Source: Gemmatimonadota bacterium (lineage in GTDB: Bacteria; Gemmatimonadota; Gemmatimonadetes; Palauibacterales; Palauibacteraceae). Taken from it: a stretch of DNA of 64,000 nucleotides. The notes beneath the pieces are model-generated. The model saw nothing but the letters and a program-made list of their open reading frames with translations. It made no database searches and was not told where the DNA came from. The position numbers were made by a program, and so were the translations under genes. Each line of letters begins with the position of its first letter. Within the stretch, counting starts at the first letter, position 1. Shown piece after piece: positions 16,680 through 25,640 of this stretch. The DNA is taken from positions 2,391 through 66,390 of the forward strand of contig JBPCJZ010000181.1 of assembly GCA_051004775.1 (NCBI GenBank), read 5' to 3'.

Positions 16680-19600
16680 CTAGCGGACACCGGCGGAGTC
16701 GTCCACTACCTCGAGACCGATTCGCACCGGCTCGCCTTCGATCTCCACGGTGCTTACCACCGGCATTTCGTCGACCGAGTCCGCGCCGGCCGCGAAGGCG
16801 ACCGCGAGCGTCTCCGCCGCGATGTAGCCATCGTGCGCCCGCGCCGCCCGCTCGATGTCGGGGCCGGCGGCGACGGCCAGCCGGATGCGGTCGTCGACCG
16901 CGAAGCCGGAATCTCGCCTGAGCCGCTGCACCCGGTTGACCAGTTCCCTCGCCCGACCCTCGTCGAGCAGATCCTCGTCGAGCGCCGTGTCGAGGCCGAC
17001 GAGGAATCCGTCCATCGCCTCCACGGTCAGGTCGCCCGAGGCTTCCTCGAGAACCATCGCGTCGCCGGGGAGGATCTCGACGGTTCTGCCGGCCGCCTCG
17101 ACCTCGACGGATTCGCCGTCCCGCAGTCGTCGGACGAGCTCCCCGGCCATACCGGCGATGGCCTTCGCGACGGCCGGTGTATCCCCGCCGAACCTGGGGC
17201 CGAGAACTCCGAAATCCGGTTTCGCGGATAGTCTAACAATATCGTCGTCGCCGGCAGGAAATTCAACGCGCCGTACGTTGAGTTCGGCTCGCAGGAGGTC
17301 GACCAGGGCGTCATCGAGTCGCCGGCCGCCGGGCAACACGGCCTGCAGAACGCCGAGCGGCTGGCGAACGCGGATTCCCGCCTCCTCCCGGGCCGCCCGG
17401 CCGAGCGTGGCCAGGCGCCGCACGGCGTCCATGGCGCGTTCGAGCTCCGGGTCGATCGCGGACGTAGCCGGCGCCGAAGCCCCGTCCGAAGCCGAGGCCG
17501 ATGCCCCGTCCGAAGCCGAGGCCGATGCCGGAGCGCCCGGGAAGTCGGCCAGGTGCACCGAGTCGCCCACCAGTTCGCGGTGCAGCCAGTCGGGCAAAAA
17601 TGGCGCGATCGGCGCCAGCAGGCGGCTCACCACGACGAGCGCATGGTGCAGCGTGGCGAACGCGTCGGCGCTGCCGAGATCCTCCGCGTCGGTCGCCCGG
17701 CTCGCCCAGAAACGATCCCGATTCGTGCGCACGTACCAGTTCGACAGGTCGTCCTGCACAAACGCGGAAATCGCGCGCGCCGCGCGGGTCAGATCGTAGT
17801 CCTCCAGCGCACCGCGGACGGTGGCGGCCGTAGAATCGACCCGGCTGAGCAGCCATCGGTCGACCGGGCGCCGCTCGGGCGGCGGAAGGGCGGCCGCGTG
17901 CGCGGCGCTTCCGCCGGCGTCGTGACGCCAGCCCTCGAGGTTCGAGTACATCGCGAAGAAGCGGTACGTGCTGCGCAGCGTGTCGAACATCTTGCGGTTC
18001 GTCTCGTGCAGCGCGTCGCCGTCCCAGCGCTTGGGCAGCCACGGATTGCTCGAAGCGAGCAGGTAGAAGCGCAGGGCGTCCGCGCCGTGCTCGGCGATCG
18101 TGTCCCACGGATCGACGACGTTGCCGCGAGACTTCGACATTTTCTGGCCGGTGTCGTCGAGGATCAGGTCGTTGACGACGACGTTCCGGTAGGCGCTCTT
18201 GCCGAACAGGATCGTCGAGAGCGCGAGCAGCGAGTAGAACCAGCCGCGCGTCTGGTCGACGCCTTCGGCGATCGCGTCCGCCGGGAAGTGCGCGTCGAAC
18301 ATGTCCGCGTTCTCGAATGGATAGTGCCACTGCGCGAACGGCATCGAACCCGAGTCGAACCAGGCGTCGAGCACCTGCGGGACCCGGCTGAGCTCGCCTT
18401 CGCACTCCCCCGCCTCGCAGGGCCAGGTCAGGCGGTCGATGTCGGGCCGGTGCGGGTCGAATCCGTCGGGCAGCGCCCCCGCGCGCTCGGCCAGCGTCTC
18501 GTAAGACCCGATCACCTCGCGTGCGTCGCACGCGTCGCAGGTCCAGATCGGCAGCGGCGTGCCCCAGTAGCGGTCGCGCGAGATCGCCCAGTCGATGTTG
18601 CCCGCGAGCCACTCGCCCATGCGGCCCGAACCGATCTCCGGTGGATGCCAGCCGACGGCCGCGTTCTCCTCCATCATCTGCCGCTTCACGTCGGTCGTCC
18701 GCACGTACCACGAATCGCGGGCCATGTATAGCAGCGGGGTGTCGCAGCGCCAGCAGTGCGGATAGCTGTGGCGGAAGCTCTCACGCCGGAACATCAGGCC
18801 GCGTTCCTCCAGCAGATCCTGCAGGCGCTCGTCGGCGTCCTTCACCAGCTCACCACCCACCTCCGCGACGTCCGCGTTGAACCGGCCGGCGTCGTCGACG
18901 GGCCGGACGACCGGCAGGCCGTGCGCCTGTCCGAAGGCGAAGTCGTCGGCGCCGAAGGCGGGCGCCGTGTGGACGAGCCCCGTTCCCTCCTCGTCGCTCA
19001 CGAAGTCGGCGGGAAGAACCCGACCGGTCTTCGCGTCGTAGGACGGATCCAGCGGCAGCGGACGCAGGTACTCGAGCTTCGCGAGCTCCTCGGCGGATAC
19101 GTCGCGCGCGGGCACGGCATCATCGCCGAATAGTGACTGAACGCGGGAAGCCGCGAGCACGTAGCGCGCGCCTCCGTGCTCGACCTCGACGTAGCGCACG
19201 TCCGGACCAAAGGCGACGGCCACGTTCGAGACCAGCGTCCAGGGCGTGGTGGTCCACACGAGGAGATGGGTGTCCGACCTTCCCACGATCGGAAACCGGA
19301 CGGTGATCGACGGATCGGTCCGATCGGCGTATCCCTGGGCTACCTCGTGGCTCGACAGGCCGGTGCCGCAGCGCGGGCAATATGGCAGCACCTTGTAGCC
19401 GAGATACAACAGGCCCTTCTCTTCTATCCGCGACAGCGCCCACCAGACCGATTCGATATAGTCCGGCGAACAGGTTACGTAGGGTCGGTCGTAGTCGAGC
19501 CAGTAGCCGATCCGCTCCGACAGCCGCTCCCAGTCCGCTTTGTACGTGAACAGGTTCTCGCGGCACACGCGGTTGAACTCCGCGATTCCGAGCTTCTCGA

Positions 19601-19919
19601 TGTCCGGTTTCCCCGACAGGCCGAGCAGTTTCTCGACCTCCAGCTCGACGGGAAGGCCGTGCGTGTCCCAGCCGGCGATGCGGGTGACGTGCCGACCCGT
19701 CATGGCCCGGAAGCGACCGATCGAGTCTTTGATCGTCCGCGCCATCACGTGGTGGACGCCCGGACGGCCGTTCGCGGTGGGCGGGCCCTCATAGAACACG
19801 AACTCCGGCGCGCCTTCGCGGGCGGCGAGACTCCGACCGAACGTGTCCTCGGTCCGCCAGAGTTCCAGAACCTCGGCCTCGAGGTCGCTCACGGACCCCG
19901 GCAGCTCCCGGTACGTCAC
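16680..19919 (-). CDS. ileS: Isoleucine--tRNA ligase (long, type 2-like)
   Basis: 1079 aa. HIGH-region (PTANGRPGVHH) and KMSKS motifs. The C-terminal region carries a duplicated SASDGASA octapeptide. Confidence 0.92.
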   Translation of the reverse strand: MTYRELPGSVSDLEAEVLELWRTEDTFGRSLAAREGAPEFVFYEGPPTANGRPGVHHVMARTIKDSIGRFRAMTGRHVTRIAGWDTHGLPVELEVEKLLGLSGKPDIEKLGIAEFNRVCRENLFTYKADWERLSERIGYWLDYDRPYVTCSPDYIESVWWALSRIEEKGLLYLGYKVLPYCPRCGTGLSSHEVAQGYADRTDPSITVRFPIVGRSDTHLLVWTTTPWTLVSNVAVAFGPDVRYVEVEHGGARYVLAASRVQSLFGDDAVPARDVSAEELAKLEYLRPLPLDPSYDAKTGRVLPADFVSDEEGTGLVHTAPAFGADDFAFGQAHGLPVVRPVDDAGRFNADVAEVGGELVKDADERLQDLLEERGLMFRRESFRHSYPHCWRCDTPLLYMARDSWYVRTTDVKRQMMEENAAVGWHPPEIGSGRMGEWLAGNIDWAISRDRYWGTPLPIWTCDACDAREVIGSYETLAERAGALPDGFDPHRPDIDRLTWPCEAGECEGELSRVPQVLDAWFDSGSMPFAQWHYPFENADMFDAHFPADAIAEGVDQTRGWFYSLLALSTILFGKSAYRNVVVNDLILDDTGQKMSKSRGNVVDPWDTIAEHGADALRFYLLASSNPWLPKRWDGDALHETNRKMFDTLRSTYRFFAMYSNLEGWRHDAGGSAAHAAALPPPERRPVDRWLLSRVDSTAATVRGALEDYDLTRAARAISAFVQDDLSNWYVRTNRDRFWASRATDAEDLGSADAFATLHHALVVVSRLLAPIAPFLPDWLHRELVGDSVHLADFPGAPASASASDGASASASDGASAPATSAIDPELERAMDAVRRLATLGRAAREEAGIRVRQPLGVLQAVLPGGRRLDDALVDLLRAELNVRRVEFPAGDDDIVRLSAKPDFGVLGPRFGGDTPAVAKAIAGMAGELVRRLRDGESVEVEAAGRTVEILPGDAMVLEEASGDLTVEAMDGFLVGLDTALDEDLLDEGRARELVNRVQRLRRDSGFAVDDRIRLAVAAGPDIERAARAHDGYIAAETLAVAFAAGADSVDEMPVVSTVEIEGEPVRIGLEVVDDSAGVR

Positions 19920-20602
19920 GCGGCGCGGCCTGCGCTGACGAGTACCGGCAGCACCGCCCGCAGGAGGGCCTCGAGACCGGCAAGCTCATCCGCGCCCATC
20001 GCGTCGGAGAACGACGTCGCGAGGGCGGCGATTCCCACGACCCGGCGTCCCGCATGACGCGCGACGATCGCCTCGTCGGCGAAGCCCGTGGACGCCATGT
20101 CGGCGCCGAGCGTGCGTAGCATCGCGAGCTCGGCGGCGGTCAACTGATCCGATGTGACGGCAGCGACGATCCCCTCGCGCAGTTCGAGTCGGGCATTGGC
20201 CGCGGCGGCGCGCAACTCACGTCGCAGGCGCGGATCCCAGGCGTCGGTGAGGTCCGGGAAGCGCGGACCCCAGGCGTCGTCGTTCGCGCCGACGAGCGGG
20301 TTGCTGCCGGTGAGGCTGATGTGATCCGCGACGAGCGCCAGGCGCGCGCCGCGCCGCCAGTCGGGCCGCGCGGGAGCAGCCGTATCGATGACGAGCACCG
20401 TGTCGACGCCGTCATCCAGTATCGCCCGCAACGCGCCGCGGCGATCCGTCGCCGATTCCGTGGCGCCACGCACGCGCACCGCGACCGCGTCGCCGGAAGC
20501 CGCGGTGCCGGGAGCCGCGGCCCCCGGATCGACAGCACCCGTACGGTCGAGCCGTTCGGCCAGGTCGGCCAGCGCGGGTCCGAGAACGACGGCGAGGCTC
20601 AT
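19916..20602 (-). CDS. Purine nucleoside phosphorylase (PunA family)-like protein, shortened and probably degenerate
   Basis: DHISLTGSNPLVGANDDAWGPRFPDLTDAW aligns to the PNP motif [33 protein letters not shown]. It is only 228 aa, and the N-terminal phosphate loop and RFHxYEG region are not recognisable. Confidence 0.6.
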   Translation of the reverse strand: MSLAVVLGPALADLAERLDRTGAVDPGAAAPGTAASGDAVAVRVRGATESATDRRGALRAILDDGVDTVLVIDTAAPARPDWRRGARLALVADHISLTGSNPLVGANDDAWGPRFPDLTDAWDPRLRRELRAAAANARLELREGIVAAVTSDQLTAAELAMLRTLGADMASTGFADEAIVARHAGRRVVGIAALATSFSDAMGADELAGLEALLRAVLPVLVSAGRAA

Positions 20603-21300
20603 GCGCCGGCGCTGCCATGTTCCGCCGGCTGCGTGGCCGCGGACGCCTCTGAAGGCCCGACCTCGCGGTTTGGCCCCGACGCCTCCGCCCCGGCGCCTTC
20701 CCCCGTCTCCGGCGAGCCGGCGGCAACTGACTCAGTGCCCGCATCCGGGGCATCGGCCCCGGACGCCCTCTCTACCGCGTTGGCCTCCGCGCTCGACTCG
20801 GCCTCGGATTCGCCATCCTCGGGGCCCCATCGTCCTTCGGCGATCCGGCGCTCCTCTTCCTCGAGTTCGCCGAGGAAGCGCTCCAGGGACCAGCGGAGGG
20901 AGCGCAGGAATCCGGTGCGGCGGACCTTCAGGTCCTCGAGCGCGCGCCGGGAAGACTCCGTCTGCGCTTCCGCCCGCTTGAGGATTCCCTCGGCCTCCTG
21001 GTCGGCCTCGCGAAGCTTCAGTTCCGCGCTGCGCTCGGCCTGCGTGCGCGCTTCCTCGCGCAGCTCCTGCGCGGTCACCAGCGCCTCGTTGAGCGCCCGC
21101 TCCCGCTCTTCGAACGCGCCGAGCCGCTCCCTGAGCGCCGCGAGTTCGCCCTGCTGGCGATTGTCGCGCTGCACGAGTTGCTCGAGGCGCTCCGCGCACA
21201 TGTCGAGAAACGTGTCGACCTGCCCGGTATCGTAGCCGCGCAGCGAGCGCTTGAAGTCGTCCTTCTTCTTCCGGACGTCCAGCGGTGTGAGATCCATCAT
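20599..21300 (-). CDS. divIVA: DivIVA-domain cell-division/polarity protein
   Basis: N-terminal DVRKKKDDFKRSLRGYDTGQVDTFLD is the hallmark DivIVA lipid-binding domain. It is followed by coiled coil and an acidic tail. Confidence 0.85.
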   Translation of the reverse strand: MMDLTPLDVRKKKDDFKRSLRGYDTGQVDTFLDMCAERLEQLVQRDNRQQGELAALRERLGAFEERERALNEALVTAQELREEARTQAERSAELKLREADQEAEGILKRAEAQTESSRRALEDLKVRRTGFLRSLRWSLERFLGELEEEERRIAEGRWGPEDGESEAESSAEANAVERASGADAPDAGTESVAAGSPETGEGAGAEASGPNREVGPSEASAATQPAEHGSAGA

Positions 21301-21994
21301 GCAAATCCCGGTCTCTCTCCAAGCAGGACCGTCCCGAGACGGACCTGCGTCGCACCTTCGAGGATGGCGATCTCGAAATCGCCGCTCATTCCCATCGACA
21401 GCTCTTCACCCGTGAAGCCCGGGATCCGTTCCCGGCAGAGTTCCAGGCACCGGCGCGTCCGCGCGAACACCTCGCGCAGTTCGGATTCCGGCGCGCCGAA
21501 CGGTGCCATCGTCATCAAGCCTTCCACCCGGACGCGCGGCAGAGCGCACATCCGCTTGATCGTTCCGAACGCATCGTCGACCGGCAGGCCGCCCTTCGTC
21601 TGCTCGCCGGAGGCGTTTACCTGCACCAGCACGGGAAGGTCCGGCCGGCCCTCCGCCTCGGCCGCCGCGTTGAGCCGGCGTGCCAGGCGCAGGGAATCTA
21701 CAGCGTCCACGCGATCGAAGAGGCGGACCCCACGCGCGGCCTTGTTGCGCTGGAGGTGGCCGATCATCTCCCAGGCGACGCCGAGGCCGCCGAGCATTTC
21801 GCGCTTCTCCTCCGCCTCTCCCACCCGATTCTCACCGACGGCGTCGAACCCGGCGCCCGCGACCGCGCGCAGGACGTCGGGCGGGAACCCCTTGGTTACC
21901 GGAAGTATGCGGACGGAAGCGGGATCACGACCGGCTTCTCCGGCGGCGGCTTCCACCGCCGCGCGGACGCCGGCCGCGCGCTCTTGAAATTCAG
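21297..21994 (-). CDS. yggS: YggS-family pyridoxal-phosphate homeostasis protein (PLPBP)
   Basis: VRILPVTKGFP...GENRVGE... is the alanine-racemase-N-like PLP barrel. Start is probably the GTG at VNETEF (the track gives 22070; the extra N-terminal 25 aa are doubtful). Confidence 0.8.
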
Positions 21995-22350
21995 TCTCGT
22001 TCACCGCGCGGAGTCTACCGGCGGCGTCGCTCACCGGCAACGCGACGTCGGGCAACGAGCCGCCGGGCAACGGGCGGGGTCGGCGGCCCGGCGGGACCGG
22101 GCAGAGCCCGCTCAGCGTTCAGGGAGCAGAGCACCGCTGGCGAATCCATACGGCGACCGGTCGATCGCGGTTCATCGCCGGCTCGAACTCCATCGCCGGC
22201 AGGAGGCGCCTGGCCACGGAGTCGAGCGTCGCGTACCCGCTGCCTTCCTGTACTCTCGCCTCGAGCACGTCGCCGTTGAGCAGGCGGAGCTCGATCTCGC
22301 GCGGCCTCTAGCGGGGCGTGCCGGCGGTTCACGTTGACGTGCCGCACCTG

Positions 22351-22390
22351 AAACGCAAACGGGGCCGCTGGCGAAATCGCCCGCGGCCCC
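22351..22390 (-). terminator. Rho-independent terminator downstream of tonB
   Basis: Gene-strand GGGGCCGCGGGCGATTTCGCCAGCGGCCCC hairpin (8-bp GC stem) followed by GTTTGCGTTT. Confidence 0.6.
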
Positions 22391-22419
22391 GTCCCTCCTG
22401 CACCCGGCTTCCCCGCGGA

Positions 22420-23085
22420 TTAGCGCGTGCTGAACTGGATCGGCAACACAATCCACACACCGACTGGCTTGTCGCGGTTCTGCGCCGGCACGAACTCGCC
22501 CTGCTGGGCGATCTCGAGCGCCACCTGGTCGAACTGGGGGTAGCCGCTCGACCGCTGCACCTTCGCGTTCGTCACGTCGCCATTTTCGGCAACGAAGAAG
22601 TAGACGCCCACCGTCCCGCTGACGCCCGCCTCGCGCAGCATCGACGGATATCGCTGTGTAGCCAGTCGAAGCAGTTGCGCTCGATTCTTCAACTGTGGTT
22701 CGATGTCACGCGGGATGTACGACGGCACGTCCGAGGGACGCGCGCCCGCGGGCGGCGGCGGCAGGTTCTCGATCGGGTTGGACTCGAAGTCGGTCCGGGC
22801 GATCGTGATGTCCTCGTCGATCTTGGCGGCGCTGACGCGCGGCGTCGCCGGCCGGGAGATCTTCTCCGGCGGCGGCGGGATCTTCACTTCGGGCGGCAGG
22901 TCGACGACCTCCGCCTCTTCCGACGTGAAGCCCATGTCGTCGGCCGTCATCGACGGGAACAGGGCGAACAGCCCGAGATGGGCGAGCGCCGCGGCGATCA
23001 CTCCGATCGCCATCCAGTCGCCGCTGCGGGACTTGAACCGGTCGTTGGCGGTTACCCACATGGCAGCCGATTTGTCCTTGGCCAT
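22420..23085 (-). CDS. tonB: TonB family energy transducer
   Basis: N-terminal TM, Pro-rich spacer (KIPPPPEK...LPPPPAG), TonB C-terminal domain (VYFFVAENGDVTNAKVQRSSGYPQFD). Confidence 0.85.
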   Translation of the reverse strand: MAKDKSAAMWVTANDRFKSRSGDWMAIGVIAAALAHLGLFALFPSMTADDMGFTSEEAEVVDLPPEVKIPPPPEKISRPATPRVSAAKIDEDITIARTDFESNPIENLPPPPAGARPSDVPSYIPRDIEPQLKNRAQLLRLATQRYPSMLREAGVSGTVGVYFFVAENGDVTNAKVQRSSGYPQFDQVALEIAQQGEFVPAQNRDKPVGVWIVLPIQFSTR

Positions 23086-23087
23086 AA

Positions 23088-23531
23088 TTACCTCCTCGCC
23101 CGCTGAACTCGCTGCTCGATCCGCGTCGCGAACGTCACGCGGACCGCTCCTGCCTGCTTCAACTGCTCGGTGATCTCGTTGATCTGGTGGTACGCAACCT
23201 CGCGGTCGCCGCGAATGGCGACCACCAGGCTGCGATTCTCGGCGTAGAGCGGCCGGATCACGCCGGAGATGCTCTCATACGGCACGAGCTGGTCGTTGAT
23301 GAACACCCGTCCCTCCGGGTCCACCCAGACGTGCACGATGTTCTTCCGCTTCTCATCGATCTTCTCGGTCGCCTCGGCGTTGGCCCAGTCGATCTTCACG
23401 TCTTTCTCTTTCCGGAACACGGTAGAGACCATGAAGAAGATCAGCAGCAGGAACGCGATGTCGGCCATCGAGGACGAGGGGATCTCCGCGCTGGAATCCG
23501 ACTTCCGATGAAACCCTCCACGCTTGGCCAT
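23088..23531 (-). CDS. exbD: Biopolymer transport protein ExbD/TolR (copy 2)
   Basis: 147 aa, single TM (IAFLLLIFFMV) plus periplasmic domain. Confidence 0.85.
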   Translation of the reverse strand: MAKRGGFHRKSDSSAEIPSSSMADIAFLLLIFFMVSTVFRKEKDVKIDWANAEATEKIDEKRKNIVHVWVDPEGRVFINDQLVPYESISGVIRPLYAENRSLVVAIRGDREVAYHQINEITEQLKQAGAVRVTFATRIEQRVQRARR

Positions 23532-23532
23532 G

Positions 23533-23958
23533 CTACTCCTCGAGTATCTGGAGGGAGATCCGATCGGCGCCCGAGAGCTTCACCTGGTCGAGAACGTCGA
23601 TCATGTACCTGTAGGAAGCCTCGGGCGCCGTCTTGATCGCGGCGATTAGCTTGTCGTTGCCCGCCAGCTCCGCGCGCAGCAACGGTTCGATCTGGCTGGC
23701 CGCGACGGTTTGCTCTTGCTCGCTCTCTCCACGACGGACGACCACGCGACCGTCGGGCTGGATGAGAAAGAAGATGATGTTCTTGGCCGCGATCTCCACT
23801 TCGTCCGTGTCGGGGTCGGGCAGGACGATCGGCAGGCCCTTCTCTTCGTTGAACACGGTCGTGGTCAGGAAGAAGACGAGCAGCAGGAACGCGATGTCGG
23901 CCATCGACGCGGTCGGAATTTCGTCCGACACCCGCTCTTTTCGATTCAGAATCGCCAT
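23533..23958 (-). CDS. exbD: Biopolymer transport protein ExbD/TolR (copy 1)
   Basis: 141 aa, MADIAFLLLVFFL TM plus periplasmic domain. Tandem with the second exbD. Confidence 0.85.
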   Translation of the reverse strand: MAILNRKERVSDEIPTASMADIAFLLLVFFLTTTVFNEEKGLPIVLPDPDTDEVEIAAKNIIFFLIQPDGRVVVRRGESEQEQTVAASQIEPLLRAELAGNDKLIAAIKTAPEASYRYMIDVLDQVKLSGADRISLQILEE

Positions 23959-23971
23959 CGTCAGTTCCTCA

Positions 23972-24634
23972 CTACCTGCGGGTAGTCGTGGCTTGGCTCT
24001 CGTCCTGCGCGCGCCAGATCATGTCGAGCACCTGCTGTGTGCCTTTGTCCATGTCCGCGATCAGCGTGTCGATCCTCGTCACGAAGTAGTTGTAGGCGAC
24101 GTTCACCGGGATCGCGATCGTCAGGCCGGCCGCCGTGGTGATCAGGGCGATCTTGATGCCCGAGGCCACGAGGGCCGGTTCGACCTGCCCCGCCGCTTCG
24201 ATGGCGTCGAAGGCCGCGATCATACCGATCACGGTACCCAGAAAGCCGAGCATCGGAGCCACGTTCGCGATGGTCGCCAGAACGGTGAGACCCCGTTCGA
24301 GGAAGTCGAGTTCCAACGTGCCGGTCGTCTCGATGGCCTTGCTGATGTCCGCGCCGCGCTCGTTGGCGCGCAGGCGCTTCAGGCCGGAGAGCAGGATGGC
24401 GGCCACGGGGCCACGGGTCTCGTGCGCCCGTTCGATGGCCTTGTCGATCTCGCCGCCGACACCGAGCGCCTCGATGTCCGCGAGGAGTTCCTTCGAGTCC
24501 TTGTGGGCGACGTGGAGAGTCCACCCCTTCGCGATGATCACGCCGAGGGCGACCAGGGAGCAGAGGATCAGGGGATACATCATGAAGCCCCCGTCCACGA
24601 AGATCGTCAGCAGCTCGTAACTGGTGTCGTTCAC
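23972..24634 (-). CDS. exbB: MotA/TolQ/ExbB proton-channel protein
   Basis: 220 aa, three TM, conserved C-terminal TM pair (GLTIAIPVNVAYNYF). Confidence 0.85.
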   Translation of the reverse strand: MNDTSYELLTIFVDGGFMMYPLILCSLVALGVIIAKGWTLHVAHKDSKELLADIEALGVGGEIDKAIERAHETRGPVAAILLSGLKRLRANERGADISKAIETTGTLELDFLERGLTVLATIANVAPMLGFLGTVIGMIAAFDAIEAAGQVEPALVASGIKIALITTAAGLTIAIPVNVAYNYFVTRIDTLIADMDKGTQQVLDMIWRAQDESQATTTRR

Positions 24635-24736
24635 TCGTCAATGCTCCGTTCTTCGCGGAAATCGGGCCGCGGCCGGAACTTCTGCGGCGGAAAGTAGTTT
24701 ATTCGCGGCTCCGGGCGGCGTCAAACCTCGGGGGCC

Positions 24737-25600
24737 TCAGGACCTCGATTCCCGCTCGGCCGGCCGGCCGGTCGGACTCAGCGTGTCGGCGGCGCCGGTC
24801 TCGGAGCGGACGTGGGGCTCTTCGTCGTCCTGCGCCTGCTCTTCCTGCAGGCGGCGCCGCAGCTCCTCCGGTCCGATGTCGCGCGTCAGCAGCCCGCGAT
24901 GGGCGAGCGAAATCTGCCCGGTTTCTTCCGAGATCACCACCACCAGCGCGTCGGTCTCCTCCGACAGCCCGATCGCGGCCCGGTGCCGCGTGCCCATCGT
25001 GCGATCGATGAGGGGCGACTGCGACAGGCGCAGGATAACCGCGGCCGCCGAGGCGACACGATCCTGGCGGATGATGATCGCCCCATCGTGGAGGGGCGAG
25101 TACGGGGAGAACACGGTGGCCAGGAGTTCGGGGGAGACCGCGGCGTCGAGCGGCGTCCCGTTGTCGAGGTGCCCGGCGAGGTCGACCTCGCGTTGTACGG
25201 CGATGATGCCGCCGATCTTCGCCCGCGCGAGTCGATCGGCCGCCTCGACGATCGCCTCGTACACCTCCGCCCGCTCCGTCGCGGCGAACAGTCGGAACCA
25301 GCGCGTCCGTCCGAGTCGGGCGAGCGCCGTTCGCAGCTCCTGCTGGAAGATCACGATGAGCGCGAAGGCGCCGTAGGTGAAGACCTGGGAGAGCAGATAA
25401 GGGACGAGGCGCAACTGGAGGGCGCGGCTGATCGCGTAGACGCTGACGAGCACGACGAAGCCGACGAGCACCTGGAACGCGCGGGTGCCGGTGTACGCGA
25501 CGAGGATCCGGTACACGAGGTACGACACCACCAGGATCTCGAGCACGTCCTTCCAGTCGAGCCGGAGGAAGCTCAGATAGTCGACGATCCCTTGCAGCAT
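24737..25600 (-). CDS. cdaA: Diadenylate cyclase CdaA (c-di-AMP synthase)
   Basis: Three N-terminal TM helices. DAC domain with DGA (LHDGAIIIR) and RHRAA motifs (TRHRAAIGLSEETDALVVVISEETG). Confidence 0.88.
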   Translation of the reverse strand: MLQGIVDYLSFLRLDWKDVLEILVVSYLVYRILVAYTGTRAFQVLVGFVVLVSVYAISRALQLRLVPYLLSQVFTYGAFALIVIFQQELRTALARLGRTRWFRLFAATERAEVYEAIVEAADRLARAKIGGIIAVQREVDLAGHLDNGTPLDAAVSPELLATVFSPYSPLHDGAIIIRQDRVASAAAVILRLSQSPLIDRTMGTRHRAAIGLSEETDALVVVISEETGQISLAHRGLLTRDIGPEELRRRLQEEQAQDDEEPHVRSETGAADTLSPTGRPAERESRS

Positions 25601-25640
25601 CTTCTCCTCGGTCTCTTCGGTCTGTTCGGACTCTGGCGCG

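Noticed and set aside
19916-19925. T-box leader upstream of ileS
   Set aside because: ileS overlaps the preceding PNP-like gene by 4 nt. There is no leader region.
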